Both the position numbers and the translations under genes were made by a program. A model generated the notes under the pieces. It was not told where the DNA came from. It did not search any database and saw nothing but the letters and a program-made list of their open reading frames with translations. From positions 1 to 24,087 of the IMG/VR virus record IMGVR_UViG_3300017909_004931: a stretch of 24,087 nucleotides of DNA; one strand, 5' to 3'. The DNA comes from a virus. Lineage: Duplodnaviria; Caudoviricetes. Positions 22,404 through 24,087 of the stretch are shown here, one piece after another (the first letter of the stretch is position 1; the number at the start of each line of letters is the position of its first letter).

Positions 22404-22409
22404 TATTTA
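22404..22409 (-). promoter_or_regulatory. Putative late promoter TAAATA upstream of the gp25-like gene
   Basis: gTAAATAttgttATG in a 19-nt gap, with no SD between the motif and the ATG. Confidence 0.55.
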
Positions 22410-22417
22410 CTTTATTT

Positions 22418-22720
22418 TTAACCCCCTATTATAACTTTCCCTGATCCAGATGTCATTGCACCTGCATCAGCACTATCACCTACTCTGGCCACAGGTGAAT
22501 TAACAATTATTACCTTTGAACTGCCCACATTGACATTTGCCACGTGATCTGGACAAGGCGGGTTGGGTGGATTAGGATGTGCAACAGTAGGATCACCTAC
22601 TCTAGCCACTAATTTATTTTCCACATAAACTTTTGATTGTGTTGGAGTATCAAGCACTGTTGAACCAACGCAACCATGTCCTGTGGATAATGAATCACCT
22701 TCTCTACTTGTTTCTGGCAT
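22418..22720 (-). CDS. PAAR-repeat spike-tip protein, T4 gp5.4-like (100 aa)
   Basis: Three PAAR-type repeats (TSREGD, VARVGD, PVARVGD), His15/His48/His59, terminal GSGKVIIGG. TAATG-coupled to the spike gene with SD GAGGA. Confidence 0.93.
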   Translation of the reverse strand: MPETSREGDSLSTGHGCVGSTVLDTPTQSKVYVENKLVARVGDPTVAHPNPPNPPCPDHVANVNVGSSKVIIVNSPVARVGDSADAGAMTSGSGKVIIGG

Positions 22721-24087
22721 TATGTCCTCACGTTTTTAAATGTGTCTGGAATATTGATTGGTTCTGCAACTACAATATCTTCCTGCTCACTTCTGTCTGT
22801 TTTAATTAAAGCCACCGCCATTGGATCATAGTTTTCATGATGACTCCAAGGTTCGTGTTGTGGCACACGTTTCATAATGGTCGGATTTGCTTCGCCTGGA
22901 AGGCTCCAAGTCGCTAAAGGCGACACCGGCGTTGCGACAGCAATGCCATTGGCTATGTTCACTAATCCACCAACATCTAAATTTATGTTACCACCAGCAT
23001 AATGGCTTGTATTGCCAGTTGTAATTGTTTGTTGTCCTGTAACTTCCACTGTTTGTGCACCAGACACAAGAACATTGTGCGTGGTTGATTCTTGATTCAC
23101 TGTGGCACTTTTTAGATTGATATCTCTTCCTGCTTGTAAATTAAAATCTCTGTCTGTTTTAAAATTAAAATCACCTTTGCTGTGAACACTCACACTGTCT
23201 TCTGCAAAGAAATCTATCTTGCCATTTGCAGTCATCTCAATCCATGCTGTGCCATTTGCGTTGGCAATGTACACAAGGTCTTCTGAATTGTGCAACAATA
23301 TTTGATGACCTGTACGTGTTCTAATTCTAAATAATTCATTGTGTGGCACACTGACATCTTTTTCTGCACCAGCATATGTTTCTTCATCCATTGATTCAAT
23401 ATTAACATATTCATATGCTCCTTGAGATGCTTTGGTTTTTCTAACAAATTTGTCATCACCGTCATCCATCACAAAACTTGTACCACCCATTCTTGCATTT
23501 TTACTGGACTGCTGTCTGTTGCTGTATGCTTTGTCTAAAGGTCCAGGTGTGTTTATGCCAAACACCGCACTTGGCACTTCACGTCTTGCACTAGATGTGG
23601 TCAATCCTCTGGTTTCATCTTCCAATAAACCTTGAGTTTCTAGCACTTCTTTTGCTTTGGTGTGAATCGGCTTAGGCACCGATAGTGGTTTTGTTACAGG
23701 ATGTTCCAGATGTCTACTTTTGTTTTGTTCTCCCACAGGTAATTTTTTTCCAATCAAGTCAGGGTCTTCTGTGTCAGTGTTCGTGATTGCTGGTGTTGAA
23801 CCAGGTATCTGCATGTTCATCAGTGCCTGTGGCACACAGCCGATCCAGAATGCTTTGTTGATGTTGCCTTCCACAAACATAACCAACACACGATTGCCCA
23901 CATCAGGTGGAACAAACCACATACCGTAACTCTGTTGACTGTCCCTGAAGTCTGGGTTTGAATTGATATCTGCAATATTAGTTGTGCCATAGAATGGATG
24001 CAGATACTGACAAGTGACCACTTGCTTTGTGGGGCTGGTCACTCCGTTGTCTAGAGTTTTTAAAATTTCAACCTGTATGGATCCTGA
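22720..24087 (-). CDS. gp5: Baseplate central spike, gp5/VgrG-like (5'-truncated; the GTG at 24042 is probably internal)
   Basis: OB-fold motif SYGMWFVPPDVGNRVLVMFVEGNINKAFWIGC and beta-helix repeats RIRTRTGHQILLH...DFNLQAGRDINLKS. The frame stays open upstream of 24042 to the edge (SGSIQVEILKTLDNG). Followed by PAAR. Confidence 0.88.
   Translation of the reverse strand, partial: SGSIQVEILKTLDNGVTSPTKQVVTCQYLHPFYGTTNIADINSNPDFRDSQQSYGMWFVPPDVGNRVLVMFVEGNINKAFWIGCVPQALMNMQIPGSTPAITNTDTEDPDLIGKKLPVGEQNKSRHLEHPVTKPLSVPKPIHTKAKEVLETQGLLEDETRGLTTSSARREVPSAVFGINTPGPLDKAYSNRQQSSKNARMGGTSFVMDDGDDKFVRKTKASQGAYEYVNIESMDEETYAGAEKDVSVPHNELFRIRTRTGHQILLHNSEDLVYIANANGTAWIEMTANGKIDFFAEDSVSVHSKGDFNFKTDRDFNLQAGRDINLKSATVNQESTTHNVLVSGAQTVEVTGQQTITTGNTSHYAGGNINLDVGGLVNIANGIAVATPVSPLATWSLPGEANPTIMKRVPQHEPWSHHENYDPMAVALIKTDRSEQEDIVVAEPINIPDTFKNVRT

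Larger units (their letters stand above)
1..24087 (-). mobile_element. Fragment of a large myovirus (contractile-tail phage) genome: baseplate and tail-fibre module
   Basis: Contiguous co-oriented spike, PAAR, gp25-like, gp6-like, giant structural and fibre genes. Gaps are at most 49 nt, TAAATA late-promoter-like motifs are present, and there are no cellular genes. No sheath or capsid gene is in the window, so phage rather than eCIS/tailocin is inferred. Confidence 0.88.

Noticed and set aside
23232-23465. 77-aa - strand ORF nested in the spike gene
   Set aside because: Out-of-frame overlap with a conserved gene, Met/Lys-rich off-frame composition, no recognisable motif.
290-23929. Roughly 30 short + strand ORFs (61-137 aa) in the track
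   Set aside because: All lie antisense to long - strand genes, mostly begin at alternative starts, and give hydrophobic or Cys/Leu-rich nonsense typical of shadow frames.
24040-24042. GTG start assigned to the spike gene by the ORF track
   Set aside because: The frame is open to the window edge, and the upstream residues (GSIQVEI) look like part of the gp5 OB-fold, so the true start is probably outside the window.
1-24087. Stop-codon reassignment (all seven visible genes end in TAA)
   Set aside because: The standard code already gives near-complete coding density, including a 14.7 kb ORF, and TAA preference is expected in AT-rich DNA. No positive evidence.
21958-24087. T6SS or eCIS/tailocin locus (VgrG-PAAR-TssE-like trio)
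   Set aside because: No membrane complex, ATPase, effector/immunity or host genes. A T4-type gp6, fibres and late-promoter motifs favour a phage. Not formally excluded without flanking sequence.

Overview
The whole 24 kb window is one tightly packed, AT-rich (roughly one-third GC by spot counts), minus-strand structural gene cluster. It looks like the baseplate/tail-fibre module of a large contractile-tailed phage. In transcription order (right to left): gp5/VgrG-like central spike (5'-truncated; no lysozyme domain seen), PAAR (gp5.4-like) spike tip, gp25-like wedge subunit, an enlarged 1162-aa gp6-like wedge, a giant 4897-aa multidomain virion protein, a 203-aa conserved-looking structural protein, and two paralogous tail-fibre genes. 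The last fibre gene runs off the left edge and is missing from the ORF track. A TAAATA late-promoter-like motif sits at all three sizeable intergenic gaps, and three junctions are TAATG stop/start overlaps. The most unusual element is the 4897-aa protein: a 7-blade FG-GAP-like beta-propeller, four CBM5/12-like modules, Ig-like repeats and nested insertions, one of them GC-richer and possibly a swapped receptor-binding cassette. I saw no RNA genes, CRISPR arrays, retroelements, inteins or defence genes. The short + strand ORFs are antisense shadows. All family assignments come from motif recognition by eye, not database searches. I cannot claim a wholly new system; the best candidate is a giant modular baseplate adhesin plus a family of fibres with a shared chassis.
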